From: Gammaproteobacteria bacterium
GTDB taxonomy: Bacteria; Pseudomonadota; Gammaproteobacteria; Pseudomonadales; Pseudohongiellaceae
Length of the DNA stretch: 64,000 nucleotides
Reading direction: 5' to 3'
NCBI GenBank assembly: GCA_041306975.1
Contig: JBFZEG010000161.1
Span: 5,658-69,657 of the forward strand
The notes beneath the pieces were generated by a model. It saw only the letters and a program-made list of their open reading frames with translations. It searched no databases and was not told where the DNA came from. The position numbers and the translations under genes were made by a program. Below are positions 19,902 to 31,546 of this stretch, piece by piece. Position 1 is the first letter of the stretch; each line of letters opens with the position of its first letter.

Positions 19902-20372
19902 ATGGATATCAGAAAAGTCAAAAAACTCATCGAACTGCTTGAGTCTTCCGATATTGCAGAAATAGAGATCAAGGAAGGGGAAGAGGCGGTGCGTATCAGC
20001 CGCGCCAGCAAAGTTGTGCAACAGCCCATTCAGTACCAAAGCGCGCCGATGATGGCAGCGCCAGCACCCGCCGCCGTTGCCGCCGCACCCGCCCCTGCCG
20101 CACCGACAGCAGATGCCGATGCCGGACGAAAAACTCGCGGAAATGTAGTGAAATCGCCGATGGTTGGTACGTTCTACCGCGCGCCCTCTCCATCCTCTCC
20201 GGCGTTTGTTGAAGTTGGACAGCACATCAAAGTGGGCGATGTGATCGGCATCATCGAAGCCATGAAAATGATGAATCAGATTGAAGCAGATCATTCTGGC
20301 GTGGTTGAAGCCATTCTGGCCCAGGACGGCGAGCCCGTTGAATTTGACCAGGCTCTGGTCACTATTGTTTAA
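19902..20372 (+). CDS. accB: Biotin carboxyl carrier protein
   Basis: [12 protein letters not shown] and EAMKM biotinylation motif. Confidence 0.97.
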   Translation: MDIRKVKKLIELLESSDIAEIEIKEGEEAVRISRASKVVQQPIQYQSAPMMAAPAPAAVAAAPAPAAPTADADAGRKTRGNVVKSPMVGTFYRAPSPSSPAFVEVGQHIKVGDVIGIIEAMKMMNQIEADHSGVVEAILAQDGEPVEFDQALVTIV

Positions 20373-20384
20373 GGGATCACGCTC

Positions 20385-21743
20385 ATGCTGGAAAAAGTCC
20401 TGATCGCCAACCGTGGTGAAATTGCATTGCGAATCCTGCGCGCCTGCAAGGAACTCGGCATCAAAACCGTTGCCGTGCACTCCAGCGCAGACCGTGATCT
20501 GATGCATGTCCGGTTAGCAGATGAATCTGTGTGTATCGGCCCTGCCAGCGCCGCAAAAAGCTACCTCAACGTGCCTGCGATCATTGCGGCCACGGAGGTC
20601 ACCGATGCGGTTGCCATCCATCCCGGTTATGGTTTTCTGTCAGAAAATGCCGACTTTGCTGATCAGGTTGAGCGTAGCGGCTTCATTTTTATCGGACCAC
20701 GTGCTGAAACCATCCGCCTGATGGGCGATAAAGTCTCTGCCATTAATGCTATGAAATCGGCTGGAGTGCCTACGGTTCCGGGCTCTGATGGCCCGCTTGA
20801 TGACAATGCCGAACGCACGTTGGCCGTGGCAAAACGCATTGGTTACCCGGTGATTATCAAAGCCGCCGCCGGTGGCGGTGGCCGCGGTATGCGCGTAGTG
20901 CACAGCGAAGCAGCATTGCTGAACTCCATTTATGTCACGCAATCAGAAGCTAAAGCTGCGTTTGGCAACGGCACGGTGTATCTGGAAAAATTCCTCGAAA
21001 ACCCGCGGCATGTTGAAATTCAGGTGCTCGGCGACGGTCTCGGTAATGCCATCTATCTGGGCGACCGTGACTGCTCAATGCAACGCCGTCATCAAAAAGT
21101 GTTGGAAGAGGCGCCCGCACCGGATATCCCCGACGACATTCGCAACCAGGTCGCCGAAACCTGCATCAAAGCCTGCAAGCAGATGAAGTATCGCGGCGCT
21201 GGTACACTGGAATTCCTGTATCAGGACAAACAGTTTTATTTTATCGAAATGAACACGCGTGTTCAGGTGGAGCACCCAGTCACCGAAATGGTCACTGGCA
21301 TCGACATCGTAAAAGAGCAACTCAGGATCGCCAGCGGGATACCGCTCAGCATCCGCCAGGAAGACGTCAAGATCAAAGGCCACGCCATTGAATGCCGTAT
21401 CAACGCAGAAGATCCGGTGTCCTTTATGCCATGTCCCGGAAAAATCAATCTCTTCCATGCCCCCGGTGGTAATGGCATACGGGTTGACTCCCACATTTAC
21501 AGCGGTTACACCGTACCACCGCACTACGATTCACTGATCGGCAAACTGATCAGTTATGGCAGTACACGTGATGAAGCGTTGGCCCGTATGCAGAATGCGC
21601 TGGACGAACTGCTGATTGACGGCATCCGCACCAACACGCCTTTGCACAAAGACATTCTGCGTGATCCGAACTTCCGCAGAGGCGGCACCAACATCCACTA
21701 TCTGGAGCACATGCTGGCCGGCGCTCACGGCAAAAACAGCTGA
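20385..21743 (+). CDS. accC: Biotin carboxylase
   Basis: [27 protein letters not shown]. Confidence 0.97.
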   Translation: MLEKVLIANRGEIALRILRACKELGIKTVAVHSSADRDLMHVRLADESVCIGPASAAKSYLNVPAIIAATEVTDAVAIHPGYGFLSENADFADQVERSGFIFIGPRAETIRLMGDKVSAINAMKSAGVPTVPGSDGPLDDNAERTLAVAKRIGYPVIIKAAAGGGGRGMRVVHSEAALLNSIYVTQSEAKAAFGNGTVYLEKFLENPRHVEIQVLGDGLGNAIYLGDRDCSMQRRHQKVLEEAPAPDIPDDIRNQVAETCIKACKQMKYRGAGTLEFLYQDKQFYFIEMNTRVQVEHPVTEMVTGIDIVKEQLRIASGIPLSIRQEDVKIKGHAIECRINAEDPVSFMPCPGKINLFHAPGGNGIRVDSHIYSGYTVPPHYDSLIGKLISYGSTRDEALARMQNALDELLIDGIRTNTPLHKDILRDPNFRRGGTNIHYLEHMLAGAHGKNS

Positions 21744-21755
21744 GTGAGCTAACAC

Positions 21756-22670
21756 ATGCCGTGGTTACAGATTAATGCCCGAATCACTGACACCGAGGCT
21801 GCAGCGATGGAACAACTGTTCCAGTCACTGGGCGCGGTGTCGGTGACGCTTCAGGACGCCGAAGATGTAGCAGTGTTTCAATTGGATCCGGGCACAACAC
21901 CGCTGTGGCAGAACATGCAGTTGAATGCCTTGTTTGAAGCAAAAGCCCCGTTGAAAGCTATTGTAAAACGTATTGTGAACGGTTCACGCCTGACCGAGCA
22001 GGATCTGGAAATTGAAGAGATTGCCGATCAGGATTGGGAACGCGCGTGGATGGACGACTTTAAACCCATTTGTTTTGGCAAACGCCTCTGGGTATGTCCC
22101 AGCTGGTTACAACCACCAGAGCCCTCTGCCGTCAACCTAATGCTGGATCCTGGCCTGGCGTTTGGCTCGGGAACACACCCGACCACAGCATTGTGCCTGG
22201 AGTGGCTGGACGGCTGCGATGTAGTGGGCAAGTCGGTTATCGATTACGGCTGTGGATCTGGCATTCTGGCAATTGCGGCAATATTGCTGGGCGCTGACAA
22301 GGCGATTGGCGTAGACAATGACCCTCAGGCCATCATCGCCACACGTAACAATCGAGAAATGAACGGAGTCGCTGCTGAAAAACTGACGGTGTTTATGCCC
22401 GGGGAACAGCATCAACCGGCAGATATCGTGTTAGCCAACATCCTGTCCGGCCCGCTTGAGGAACTGACACCGGTGCTTACCAACCTCACCAAACCGGGTG
22501 GCAAACTGATTCTGTCGGGGGTTTTGTCTGAACAAACAGAATCCCTGATTCGCTCATACCAACCCTGGTTTGAACTGGAGCCCCCGGTCATCCGCGAGCA
22601 ATGGGTTCGCATCACCGGCACGCGACATCTGAATAACCATGTGGACAATACTGGAAGCCAGCAACGATAA
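21756..22670 (+). CDS. prmA: Ribosomal protein L11 methyltransferase
   Basis: DPGLAFGSGTHPTT, DYGCGSGIL; synteny. Confidence 0.95.
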   Translation: MPWLQINARITDTEAAAMEQLFQSLGAVSVTLQDAEDVAVFQLDPGTTPLWQNMQLNALFEAKAPLKAIVKRIVNGSRLTEQDLEIEEIADQDWERAWMDDFKPICFGKRLWVCPSWLQPPEPSAVNLMLDPGLAFGSGTHPTTALCLEWLDGCDVVGKSVIDYGCGSGILAIAAILLGADKAIGVDNDPQAIIATRNNREMNGVAAEKLTVFMPGEQHQPADIVLANILSGPLEELTPVLTNLTKPGGKLILSGVLSEQTESLIRSYQPWFELEPPVIREQWVRITGTRHLNNHVDNTGSQQR

Positions 22671-23220
22671 AACTGCGCATCTGCCGCAGTTTGATGAACC
22701 TCTGGTATTGGGAGCACCGCCGCCTGCGCAGCGATCCTGGCTGGCAACGGTGGGGTGGCTGTTGTTGATGACTGTGTTGTCAGCCGGCTTTGTCGCTCAA
22801 CTGGTTATCTTTAACAAAGACATGGTGTTGCGCGATTCACGCGTCAGAGATCTGTTAGCAAACTTGTGTGCACGTGTGGCATGCGAACTGCCGGTAGTAC
22901 GTGCCCCTGATCAGTTGCGCAGCACATTTATTGAAGTCTCACCACACCCTGACTATGAATCCATGCTGCTTGTCAGGTTTGGCATCTTTAATGCCGCACT
23001 GTTTGCGCAGCCACACCCGTCAGTTGACCTGTCATTCAGCAATACACAGCAACAGGCAGTTGCTGGCCGACGCTTTTACCCAGGTCATTATCTGGATGCG
23101 TCACTGCTGTCGCGGCTAACAATTCCTGCGGGTTCTGAGATTCAGGGTACTCTTGAAATTCTTGACCCGGGACCAGAAGCTGTCAACTACACAATCGAGT
23201 TTGTTTATGAGCACAACTGA
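22639..23220 (+). CDS. DUF3426-like membrane protein
   Basis: One TM helix, C...C pair, QPHPSVDLSF and AVNY ending; usual prmA-dusB position. Confidence 0.7.
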   Translation: MWTILEASNDKTAHLPQFDEPLVLGAPPPAQRSWLATVGWLLLMTVLSAGFVAQLVIFNKDMVLRDSRVRDLLANLCARVACELPVVRAPDQLRSTFIEVSPHPDYESMLLVRFGIFNAALFAQPHPSVDLSFSNTQQQAVAGRRFYPGHYLDASLLSRLTIPAGSEIQGTLEILDPGPEAVNYTIEFVYEHN

Positions 23221-24307
23221 TCAAACTTGCGGACAACTTCGCAATCTGCATGGCCTACCCGCTATCAAACCCTTCCGGCTTGGCAAACACCTGCTGGAGC
23301 GACCGATCTTACTGGCGCCTATGGTGGGCGTCAGTGATGTGCCGTTTCGCGAAGTGTGTCTGCAACAGGGAGCTACACTCACTATTGCTGAAATGTTGCC
23401 GGCAGATACCGCCATGTGGAAATCTGAAAAGAACCGCCTCAGACTCAGGCGCACCGCTGCCTGTGGCCCGGAAATTGTGCAGATAGCCGGTTTTGACCCC
23501 TCGATGATGGCCGAGGCCGCTCGCCTGAATGCTGACATGGGCGCTGAAGTCATCGATATCAACATGGGTTGCCCGGCCAAAAAGGTCTTGAAAAAGGCGG
23601 CAGGGTCAGCGCTGATGCGCGACCCCGAGCTGGTTGAACAGATACTGCGTGCCGTGGTGCAGGCTGTTGATATTCCTGTGACACTCAAAATGCGCACGGG
23701 TTGGTGCCGGGCACAAAAAAACGGTGTCGACATTGCCCGCATCGCTGAAGACTGCGGCATTCGCATGATCAGTGTTCATGGCAGAACCCGTGAATGCCGC
23801 TTTGTTGGCGATGTTGAGTACGACACTATCGCCGCGATCAAGCAAAGTGTCGGCATTCCGGTGATTGCAAACGGCGATATAGATTCACCCGAAAAAGCGG
23901 TGCAGGTACTCAGGCATACGGGCGCAGATGGACTGATGATCGGCCGTGCCGCTCAGGGCAAACCGTGGATATTCAGAGAAATCCGTCAATACCTCGAGCA
24001 TGGCGACCACGCAAGGCCGCCATCGGCGAGTGAGATCAGCATTCTGATGCAGGACCATATTCGTGCGCTGCATGCATTTTATGGCGATTTCCGTGGCACA
24101 CTCTTTGCCCGCAAACATATTGACTGGTACAGTAAAGCACTACCGGGTGGCGAGTTATTGAAGTCTGAGTTTATGCAGGCAGACTGTGTCACAGATCAAC
24201 AGGATATCCTGCAAAACTGGCACCGCGCGCACCTGTCTTTGCTGACCGCTGTAGCAGCACAAACCCATCAATCAAGCCAACACAGAGATTTGCCTGTATC
24301 AGCATGA
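23207..24307 (+). CDS. dusB: tRNA-dihydrouridine synthase B
   Basis: LAPM, DINMGCPAKKV, VHGRT; upstream of fis. Confidence 0.93.
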   Translation: MSTTDQTCGQLRNLHGLPAIKPFRLGKHLLERPILLAPMVGVSDVPFREVCLQQGATLTIAEMLPADTAMWKSEKNRLRLRRTAACGPEIVQIAGFDPSMMAEAARLNADMGAEVIDINMGCPAKKVLKKAAGSALMRDPELVEQILRAVVQAVDIPVTLKMRTGWCRAQKNGVDIARIAEDCGIRMISVHGRTRECRFVGDVEYDTIAAIKQSVGIPVIANGDIDSPEKAVQVLRHTGADGLMIGRAAQGKPWIFREIRQYLEHGDHARPPSASEISILMQDHIRALHAFYGDFRGTLFARKHIDWYSKALPGGELLKSEFMQADCVTDQQDILQNWHRAHLSLLTAVAAQTHQSSQHRDLPVSA

Positions 24308-24621
24308 AAAAAGAAACCTTGAAGAGCGGCCTTATAAAGGAACCCGCGGCAAGTCCGGGCAAAACAACAACCATGACAGACCCTGCATCCAACCAGAGCC
24401 TGCGTCAATGTGTCGGGCGCGCGATGGAGAAGTATTTTGACGACCTCGGGGATGCTCAGCTGACCCATAATCTTTATGAACTGGTACTCAGTGAAGTTGA
24501 GGCTCCGTTAATGGAAGCGGTGCTCAAACACACCGATGGCAACCAAAGCGAGGCGGCTACCATGCTGGGTTTGAACCGTGGTACCCTACGGAAAAAGATG
24601 AAACGGTACGGCCTGTTGTGA
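24304..24621 (+). CDS. fis: DNA-binding protein Fis
   Basis: LYELVLSEVEAPL..GNQSEAA.MLGLNRGTLRKK. Confidence 0.94.
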   Translation: MKKETLKSGLIKEPAASPGKTTTMTDPASNQSLRQCVGRAMEKYFDDLGDAQLTHNLYELVLSEVEAPLMEAVLKHTDGNQSEAATMLGLNRGTLRKKMKRYGLL

Positions 24622-24717
24622 TTTTTGCCCGTCATCAACACGCCGTCACAACATCCTCAGACGAACTACCCACCTTTTATCAAACTGCAACCACTTACTT
24701 TAACTGCATCTACTACT

Positions 24718-26289
24718 ATGTCTTCAGATCAAATTGCTGTCATTCGCCGCGCATTGCTCAGTGTGTCGGACAAATCCGGTATTGTGGAATTCGCCCGCTC
24801 GCTGCAAAGCGCAGGCGTAGAGATTTTATCGACAGGCGGTACTTATCGCCTCTTACAGGATAACAACATTCCGGCAATCGAAATTGCTGACTACACGGGC
24901 TTTCCAGAGATGATGGACGGCCGTGTCAAAACACTGCACCCCAAGGTGCATGGCGGAATTCTGGCCCGCCGTCAAATTGATGCCGACGTTATGCAGGCGC
25001 ACAACATTCCGCCCATTGATTTGGTGGTGGTTAACCTGTACCCGTTTGAGGCAACTGTGGCCAAACCGGGCTGCGATCTGGCGACAGCGATCGAAAATAT
25101 CGATATCGGCGGCCCCACGATGTTGCGCGCAGCGGCCAAGAACAACGCCTGGGTTGCCGTGGTGGTCAATCCTGCCGACTATGATTACATTCTCAGCGAA
25201 ATGAAAATCAATGGGGGCGCACTGACGCAGGCCACTCGCTTTGATCTGGCGGTGCGCACTTATGAACACACCGCTGCTTATGACGGCGCCATTGCCAATT
25301 ACCTTGGCAAGATCGTTTCCGGCAGCGAATTCCCGCGCAGTTTCTCCAGCCAGTTTCATAAAAAGCAGGACCTGCGCTACGGCGAAAACCCGCATCAGAA
25401 CGCTGCTTTTTATGTTGAAAAACACCCACAGGAAGCCAGTGTCAGCACTGCAACACAACTGCAAGGCAAAGAGCTTTCGTACAACAACATCGCCGACACG
25501 GACGCCGCTCTGGAATGTGTAAAAAGCTTCAGCGAGCCGGCCTGCGTGATTGTGAAACACGCTAATCCCTGCGGCGTCGCCATTGCCGGCTCCATTCAGG
25601 AAGCCTATCAGCTGGCATTTCAGACTGACCCGACGTCAGCCTTTGGCGGCATCATTGCGTTTAACCGCGAACTGGATGCTGCAACTGCACAGAAGATTGT
25701 TGATCAACAGTTCAGTGAAGTGATTATTGCGCCAACTGTCTCCAGCGAGGCTTTACAGGTATTCGCCGGCAAGCCCAATGTGCGTGTGCTGGCCTGCGGT
25801 CAATGGCCTGCCAAACCGCTGGCAGCCTGGGATTACAAGCGCATCTCCGGCGGCCTGCTGGTTCAGGACAGAGACATCCATCAGATCAGCCGCAACGATC
25901 TGACCGTGGTCAGCAAACGCCAGCCCAGTGAACAGGAACTGGCTGATCTGATGTTTGCATGGACCGTTGCACAGTTTGTGAAATCCAATGCCATTGTGTA
26001 CTGCAAAAATCTGCAAACCATCGGAATTGGTGCCGGCCAGATGAGCCGCGTGTACAGCGCCAGAATTGCGGGCATCAAGGCAGCTGACGAGAATCTGGTG
26101 GTTGAGGGTTCCGTGATGGCTTCCGATGCGTTTTTCCCCTTCCGAGACGGCATTGATGCCGCCGCCAAAGCCGGCATTAGCGCAGTTATTCAGCCCGGCG
26201 GTTCCATGCGTGATGAGGAAGTCATCGCCGCGGCCAACGAAGCCGGCATGGCGATGGTGTTTACCGGCATCCGCCACTTCCGCCATTGA
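24718..26289 (+). CDS. purH: AICAR transformylase / IMP cyclohydrolase
   Basis: [30 protein letters not shown]. Confidence 0.97.
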   Translation: MSSDQIAVIRRALLSVSDKSGIVEFARSLQSAGVEILSTGGTYRLLQDNNIPAIEIADYTGFPEMMDGRVKTLHPKVHGGILARRQIDADVMQAHNIPPIDLVVVNLYPFEATVAKPGCDLATAIENIDIGGPTMLRAAAKNNAWVAVVVNPADYDYILSEMKINGGALTQATRFDLAVRTYEHTAAYDGAIANYLGKIVSGSEFPRSFSSQFHKKQDLRYGENPHQNAAFYVEKHPQEASVSTATQLQGKELSYNNIADTDAALECVKSFSEPACVIVKHANPCGVAIAGSIQEAYQLAFQTDPTSAFGGIIAFNRELDAATAQKIVDQQFSEVIIAPTVSSEALQVFAGKPNVRVLACGQWPAKPLAAWDYKRISGGLLVQDRDIHQISRNDLTVVSKRQPSEQELADLMFAWTVAQFVKSNAIVYCKNLQTIGIGAGQMSRVYSARIAGIKAADENLVVEGSVMASDAFFPFRDGIDAAAKAGISAVIQPGGSMRDEEVIAAANEAGMAMVFTGIRHFRH

Positions 26290-26298
26290 GGATTGCGT

Positions 26299-27597
26299 AT
26301 GAATGTTCTGATACTTGGCAATGGCGGACGTGAACATGCACTGGCCTGGAAACTGGCGCAGTCATCTGGTATCACCAAGGTTTTTGTTGCCCCTGGCAAT
26401 GCTGGCAGCGCCACTGAGGCGGGAGTAGAAAACGTCGCCATTGATGCCCTGGATTTCCCGGCACTGGCAGACTTTGCCAAAAATAATGATGTTGGCCTGA
26501 CCATTGTGGGCCCGGAAGCGCCCTTGGTTGCCGGTGTTGTTGATTATTTCAGCGCCCGGGGCTTACGCGCTTTTGGCCCGCGTAAGGCAGCAGCGCAGCT
26601 GGAAGGGTCCAAGGCATTTACCAAAGACTTTCTTGCCAGGCACAACATTCCCACCGCGGCCTATCAGAACTTTACCGATGTAGACGCTGCCATTGCCTAT
26701 GTCAGGCAACAGGGCACACCCATCGTGATCAAAGCCGACGGCCTTGCGGCGGGCAAGGGTGTGATTATTCCGCAGACTCAGGAAGAGGCTGAATCAACCA
26801 TTCGCGACATGTTGTCCGGCAATAAATTTGGTGATGCCGGCAGTCGTGTGGTCATTGAACAATTCCTGCTCGGCGAAGAAGCCAGTTTTATTGTCATGGT
26901 GGATGGTGAGCATGTACTCCCGTTTGCAACCTCGCAGGATCACAAGGCGCGTGACGACGGCGACAAAGGACCCAATACCGGTGGCATGGGCGCTTATTCG
27001 CCTGCGCCGGTGGTCACACCCGACATTCACGACCGCGTCATGCAACAGGTGATTATGCCGACCGTGCGCGGCATGGCGGCCGAAGGCAATCCTTACACCG
27101 GTTTTCTGTATGCCGGCCTGATGATTGACGACCACGGCAATCCTTTTGTCATCGAGTTTAACTGTCGTTTTGGCGACCCGGAAGCGCAACCGGTGATGAT
27201 GCGTCTGCAATCAGATCTGGCTGATCTGTGCCAAGCCGCTATTGACGGCCGGCTTGATCAGAAACACGCGGAGTGGGACCCCCGCGCCGCGATTGGTGTG
27301 GTGCTTGCCGCAGGTGGTTATCCCGATGCCTACGATAAAGGCGCCGTGATCAGCGGCCTTGATAAAGCCTCTCAATCCGGCCATGGCAAAGTGTTCCATG
27401 CCGGTACGGCTCTGAAAGATGGCAAAGTGGTCACCAACGGCGGCCGCGTGTTGTGCGCTGTGGCATTGGGCGATACGGTTACCAATGCACAAAAAGCCGC
27501 TTATCAGCTGGCGGAAAACATCCACTGGGATAGAATCTACTACCGTAAAGATATCGGACACCGGGCAATCGCCCGCGAAACCGCTGGTGACAAGTAA
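26299..27597 (+). CDS. purD: Phosphoribosylamine-glycine ligase
   Basis: [21 protein letters not shown]. Confidence 0.97.
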   Translation: MNVLILGNGGREHALAWKLAQSSGITKVFVAPGNAGSATEAGVENVAIDALDFPALADFAKNNDVGLTIVGPEAPLVAGVVDYFSARGLRAFGPRKAAAQLEGSKAFTKDFLARHNIPTAAYQNFTDVDAAIAYVRQQGTPIVIKADGLAAGKGVIIPQTQEEAESTIRDMLSGNKFGDAGSRVVIEQFLLGEEASFIVMVDGEHVLPFATSQDHKARDDGDKGPNTGGMGAYSPAPVVTPDIHDRVMQQVIMPTVRGMAAEGNPYTGFLYAGLMIDDHGNPFVIEFNCRFGDPEAQPVMMRLQSDLADLCQAAIDGRLDQKHAEWDPRAAIGVVLAAGGYPDAYDKGAVISGLDKASQSGHGKVFHAGTALKDGKVVTNGGRVLCAVALGDTVTNAQKAAYQLAENIHWDRIYYRKDIGHRAIARETAGDK

Positions 27598-27611
27598 CCG
27601 GACAAACACTT

Positions 27612-28268
27612 ATGAGCACATCTGACAATCGCGATCACTACAGCCTGGCAGACCGGCTGATCCTGCAACTGGACCAGGCGCTGCATACGTTGGTACCGGG
27701 CAGCAGTCACGCTCAGCGCAACTCTCCGGGCGCTGGTGCCGCAGAGGGCATGTTATCCGAAGCCGAACGTTTGCTGGCCGCTGGGCTGATGCGCATCAAT
27801 CACACGGGTGAGGTGTGCGCACAGGCCCTGTATCAGGGACAATCGCTGACAGCGCGCTTGCCTGATGTGCGAGATAGCATGAATCATGCTGCGGCCGAAG
27901 AAGTTGATCACCTGGCCTGGTGTGAAACCCGGCTGAAAGAGCTCGACAGCCGCCCAAGCCTGCTGAACCCGGCGTTTTATGCTTTGTCTTTTGGTCTGGG
28001 TGCGGTCGCTGGCGCTGTAGGCGACAAGTGGAGCCTGGGGTTTGTGGGTGAAACTGAAAAACAAGTTTGTGAGCATCTGCAAGATCATCTGCAGCAGTTA
28101 CCGGCACACGACCAAAAAAGCCGCGCAATTATTCAACAGATGATTATTGATGAACAAAAACATGGTGACAGTGCCATGGCAGCCGGTGGTGCCGACCTGC
28201 CATTGCCCATCACCGCCGGTATGAAACTGATGGCCGGGGTCATGAAAACCCTGACCAAACGGGTCTGA
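27612..28268 (+). CDS. coq7: Demethoxyubiquinone hydroxylase (di-iron, Coq7)
   Basis: MRINHTGEVCAQALY, EEVDH, DEQKH di-iron motifs. Confidence 0.93.
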   Translation: MSTSDNRDHYSLADRLILQLDQALHTLVPGSSHAQRNSPGAGAAEGMLSEAERLLAAGLMRINHTGEVCAQALYQGQSLTARLPDVRDSMNHAAAEEVDHLAWCETRLKELDSRPSLLNPAFYALSFGLGAVAGAVGDKWSLGFVGETEKQVCEHLQDHLQQLPAHDQKSRAIIQQMIIDEQKHGDSAMAAGGADLPLPITAGMKLMAGVMKTLTKRV

Positions 28269-28277
28269 GGAATACTG

Positions 28278-29843
28278 GTGTCCCACCTTCCCCGCCTGCT
28301 GCGTATCATGTCGGTTTGCGCAAAATACCGCCTTGACCAGATCAGCCCTCTGACCGCCAATGCCTGGTCGTTACGACTGCTGATGTCCACGCTAGGCGTG
28401 TTTACAGGTAGCAAAACACGCGATCTGACACCTCCGCAGCGTCTCAGAGAAGCACTGCAAGACCTTGGCCCGATCTATATCAAGTTTGGTCAGTTGTTAT
28501 CGACGCGCCGCGATTTTCTGCCTCCGGATATCAGTGACGAGCTGCAGCACCTTCAGGATCGTGTCCCGGGATTCACTTCGCCCTCGGTGTTTGAGGTGGT
28601 CGAAAAAGCGCTGGGGACGCCCTGGCAACACAGCTTCCGTGACATCAAAGCACAATCGCTGGCATCAGCCTCGATTGCACAGGTGCATGAAGCTCACCTG
28701 GTCAGCGGCGAAGAAGTGGTCATCAAAATCCTGCGTCCCGGCATTGAAGTCACCATCCGCGAAGACATCAAAGTGCTCAAGTGGGTAGCACGGATGGTCG
28801 AACGTTATCTGCCCGATGGCCGGCGCCTGAAACCTCGCGAAGTCATCAACGATTACGAACACATTATTCTCGGCGAGTTGAATCTGCTCTCCGAAGGTGC
28901 GAACACCACGCTGCTGCGCCGCAATTTTGAGAACTCACCCAAACTCTATGTTCCCAAGGTCTACTGGAATGTGACCCGCGATGGCATGCTGGTGACTGAA
29001 CGTATCCGCGGCATCCCGGTGTCCGATATTGCTGCTCTGAACGCGCATGGCGTGAATCTGAAACAGCTGGCCGAGACCGGCGTCGGCATCTTTTTTACGC
29101 AAGTGTTTGAGCACAGCTTTTTTCATGCGGACATGCATCCCGGCAATATCTTTGTGGATCCCTCCAATCCGCAGTTTCCTCAGTACATTGCGATCGACTG
29201 CGCCATCATCGGCTCATTGAGCCGCGACGACCAACAGTATCTGGCGCGCAATCTGCTGGCGATATTTAAACGCGATTACCGCAAAGTAGCCGAGCTGCAT
29301 GTCGAATGCGGGTGGGTACCCAAAAATACCAACGTTGTAGAATTTGAGGCGGCCATGCGCACCGTCTGTGAACCCATCTTTGAAAAGCCTCTCAAGGACA
29401 TCTCCTTCGGTTACCTGTTGGTGCAACTGTTCCGCACTGCCGGGCGCTTTAACATGGAAGTTCAACCATCATTGGTGCTGCTGCAGAAGACCCTGTTGAA
29501 TGTTGAAGGTCTCGGCCGTCAACTATACCCAGAACTGGATCTGTGGCAGACTGCCTTGCCATTTCTGGAGAACTGGAGCCGGCGCCGCATGCAGCCCTCC
29601 TATCTGTGGAAGGCTCTGAAGGATAACGTTCCAGACTGGGTTGAGCAGTTTCCGCAGTTGCCGCAACTGGTGCTCAACAGCCTGAATCAGCACCAACAAT
29701 TACAAGACATTAATGACACGCTGCAGGCAGCACTGTTCCAGCAACGGCTGCGCGACAAGCGTCACCGCAAACAACAGCGACGGCTATTGCTAGTTATTCT
29801 GTTGATCACCGCGGCCAGCAGCTTTTTGTATTTCACATCGTGA
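28278..29843 (+). CDS. ubiB: Ubiquinone biosynthesis atypical kinase
   Basis: IKFGQLLSTRRD, ASASIAQVH, FHADMHPGN. Confidence 0.95.
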   Translation: MSHLPRLLRIMSVCAKYRLDQISPLTANAWSLRLLMSTLGVFTGSKTRDLTPPQRLREALQDLGPIYIKFGQLLSTRRDFLPPDISDELQHLQDRVPGFTSPSVFEVVEKALGTPWQHSFRDIKAQSLASASIAQVHEAHLVSGEEVVIKILRPGIEVTIREDIKVLKWVARMVERYLPDGRRLKPREVINDYEHIILGELNLLSEGANTTLLRRNFENSPKLYVPKVYWNVTRDGMLVTERIRGIPVSDIAALNAHGVNLKQLAETGVGIFFTQVFEHSFFHADMHPGNIFVDPSNPQFPQYIAIDCAIIGSLSRDDQQYLARNLLAIFKRDYRKVAELHVECGWVPKNTNVVEFEAAMRTVCEPIFEKPLKDISFGYLLVQLFRTAGRFNMEVQPSLVLLQKTLLNVEGLGRQLYPELDLWQTALPFLENWSRRRMQPSYLWKALKDNVPDWVEQFPQLPQLVLNSLNQHQQLQDINDTLQAALFQQRLRDKRHRKQQRRLLLVILLITAASSFLYFTS

Positions 29844-30274
29844 AAGAGCATACTGAACACATGAATAACACTGACTGGTTGGATCAGGTCAAATGGAACA
29901 ATGAAGGTCTGGTGCCGGTGGTAACTCAAGACGTGCACAGCCTCCGCTTGTTAACACACGCATGGATTAACCGCGAAGCCCTGATGCTGACTCATGCCGA
30001 GGGGCGCGCCGTGTATTGGTCGCGCTCGCGGCAGAAAATCTGGCGCAAAGGCGAGGAGTCCGGTAACGTGCAGCGCATCCACCGAATACTGCTGGATTGC
30101 GATGGCGATACGGTGTGTTATCTGGTGGAGCAGACAGGCGGTATCGCCTGTCACACAGGCAGGGTAAGCTGTTTTTATCAGCAGCTGTCTGAGGACAAAG
30201 ACAGCATCAGCTGGGCTGTAACAGATGCCGTGATTAAAGATCCGGCCAAAATGTACAAAAATCCTGGCCATTAA
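29840..30274 (+). CDS. hisI: Phosphoribosyl-AMP cyclohydrolase
   Basis: YWSRSR, KGEESG, DCDGD, ACHTG; start may be 29861. Confidence 0.94.
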   Translation: MKEHTEHMNNTDWLDQVKWNNEGLVPVVTQDVHSLRLLTHAWINREALMLTHAEGRAVYWSRSRQKIWRKGEESGNVQRIHRILLDCDGDTVCYLVEQTGGIACHTGRVSCFYQQLSEDKDSISWAVTDAVIKDPAKMYKNPGH

Positions 30275-30300
30275 GAACCAAAGACAGAAGTCAGTAACCC

Positions 30301-30654
30301 ATGACAAACGCAACAGAATCAACAGATGACGTGCTTCAACAACTGGCGTTATTGCTGGAAGCGCGAAAGCAGGCCGATCCGAGCAGCTCCTATGTGGCCA
30401 GTCTGCATCATAAGGGTCTGAACAAGATTCTTGAAAAAGTAGGTGAAGAGGCGGTAGAAACCATTCTGGCAGCGCGTGATGTGGAAGGCGGGGCTGATGT
30501 GCAGACCGTCATCAGCGAGACCGCAGACTTATGGTTTCACAGCATGGTGATGCTCAGTCATCTCGGGCTTAGCCACGAGCTGGTATTGGAAGAACTCAGA
30601 AAGCGTTTTAACATGTCCGGACTCGCCGAAAAGGCATCCAGACCAGCAAAATAA
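30301..30654 (+). CDS. hisE: Phosphoribosyl-ATP pyrophosphatase
   Basis: [23 protein letters not shown]. Confidence 0.94.
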   Translation: MTNATESTDDVLQQLALLLEARKQADPSSSYVASLHHKGLNKILEKVGEEAVETILAARDVEGGADVQTVISETADLWFHSMVMLSHLGLSHELVLEELRKRFNMSGLAEKASRPAK

Positions 30655-30713
30655 CTATTAATCAGCCTTCGCCATATGAGAAGTCATGTGAGGGTCAGGC
30701 ATTAGGAGGAAGT

Positions 30714-30950
30714 ATGGGAATCGGTGGCATCAGTATCTGGCAGTTACTTATCATCGCACTGATTATAGTGTTGCTGTTTGGTACCAAAAAACTGCGCACA
30801 CTGGGCAGTGACCTCGGTGGAGCCTTGAAAGGTTTCAAGCAGGCGGTCAAAGATGACGACAAAGACAGCAAAAATGATCCTGATCAGCTCGCTGACGACA
30901 GCGATGGTGTCAGCATCAGTGCTCGCACCGAGAAAACACAGGATAAATAA
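30714..30950 (+). CDS. tatA: Tat translocase subunit A
   Basis: [22 protein letters not shown]. Confidence 0.95.
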   Translation: MGIGGISIWQLLIIALIIVLLFGTKKLRTLGSDLGGALKGFKQAVKDDDKDSKNDPDQLADDSDGVSISARTEKTQDK

Positions 30951-30955
30951 CAACA

Positions 30956-31540
30956 ATGTTCGATATCAGTTTCATCGAGCTGTTGGTTGTGTTTGTCGTC
31001 GCCCTGCTGGTGCTTGGACCGGAAAAATTACCGGGAGCCGTGCGCACCGGGGCGTTGTGGATAGGCCGTGCCAAACGCAGTTTCGGTAAAGTCAAAGCTG
31101 AGATCGAGCAGCAGATTAATGCCGACGATATCAGGCGCCAGCTCCATAATGAATCGATTATGGCTGACATCGAAAAGGCGCGCAAAAATGCCGACAATTT
31201 GCTTAAAGATACCCGCAAAGAACTGGATAAAACCCAGGAAGGCATCAATCGGGCTGTTAGTGCAGCAACAACCGCACCTGTCGCTGTGCCTGTTGTGACC
31301 AACAGCGCCGTGGAAGGCGTACCAACATTCAAGGCCGAGGTGGCGATGGATGGGCCTGCGTTAGTTGCAGAGACCATTGCAGTTGAGCCTGTTGCAGAAT
31401 TACCAGTGCAGGAAAAAAAGCCCGTGCAGGACTTCTACAATAGCCCGCCCACAGGAGTGGTTTCTATCAAAAGTGGCAAATTGACCGCCGCCGTTGCGAA
31501 CCCGCCAGCTGCTGAACAAGCTGACGGCAAAAAGGATTGA
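30956..31540 (+). CDS. tatB: Tat translocase subunit B
   Basis: [17 protein letters not shown]. Confidence 0.95.
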   Translation: MFDISFIELLVVFVVALLVLGPEKLPGAVRTGALWIGRAKRSFGKVKAEIEQQINADDIRRQLHNESIMADIEKARKNADNLLKDTRKELDKTQEGINRAVSAATTAPVAVPVVTNSAVEGVPTFKAEVAMDGPALVAETIAVEPVAELPVQEKKPVQDFYNSPPTGVVSIKSGKLTAAVANPPAAEQADGKKD

Positions 31541-31546
31541 TAACCG

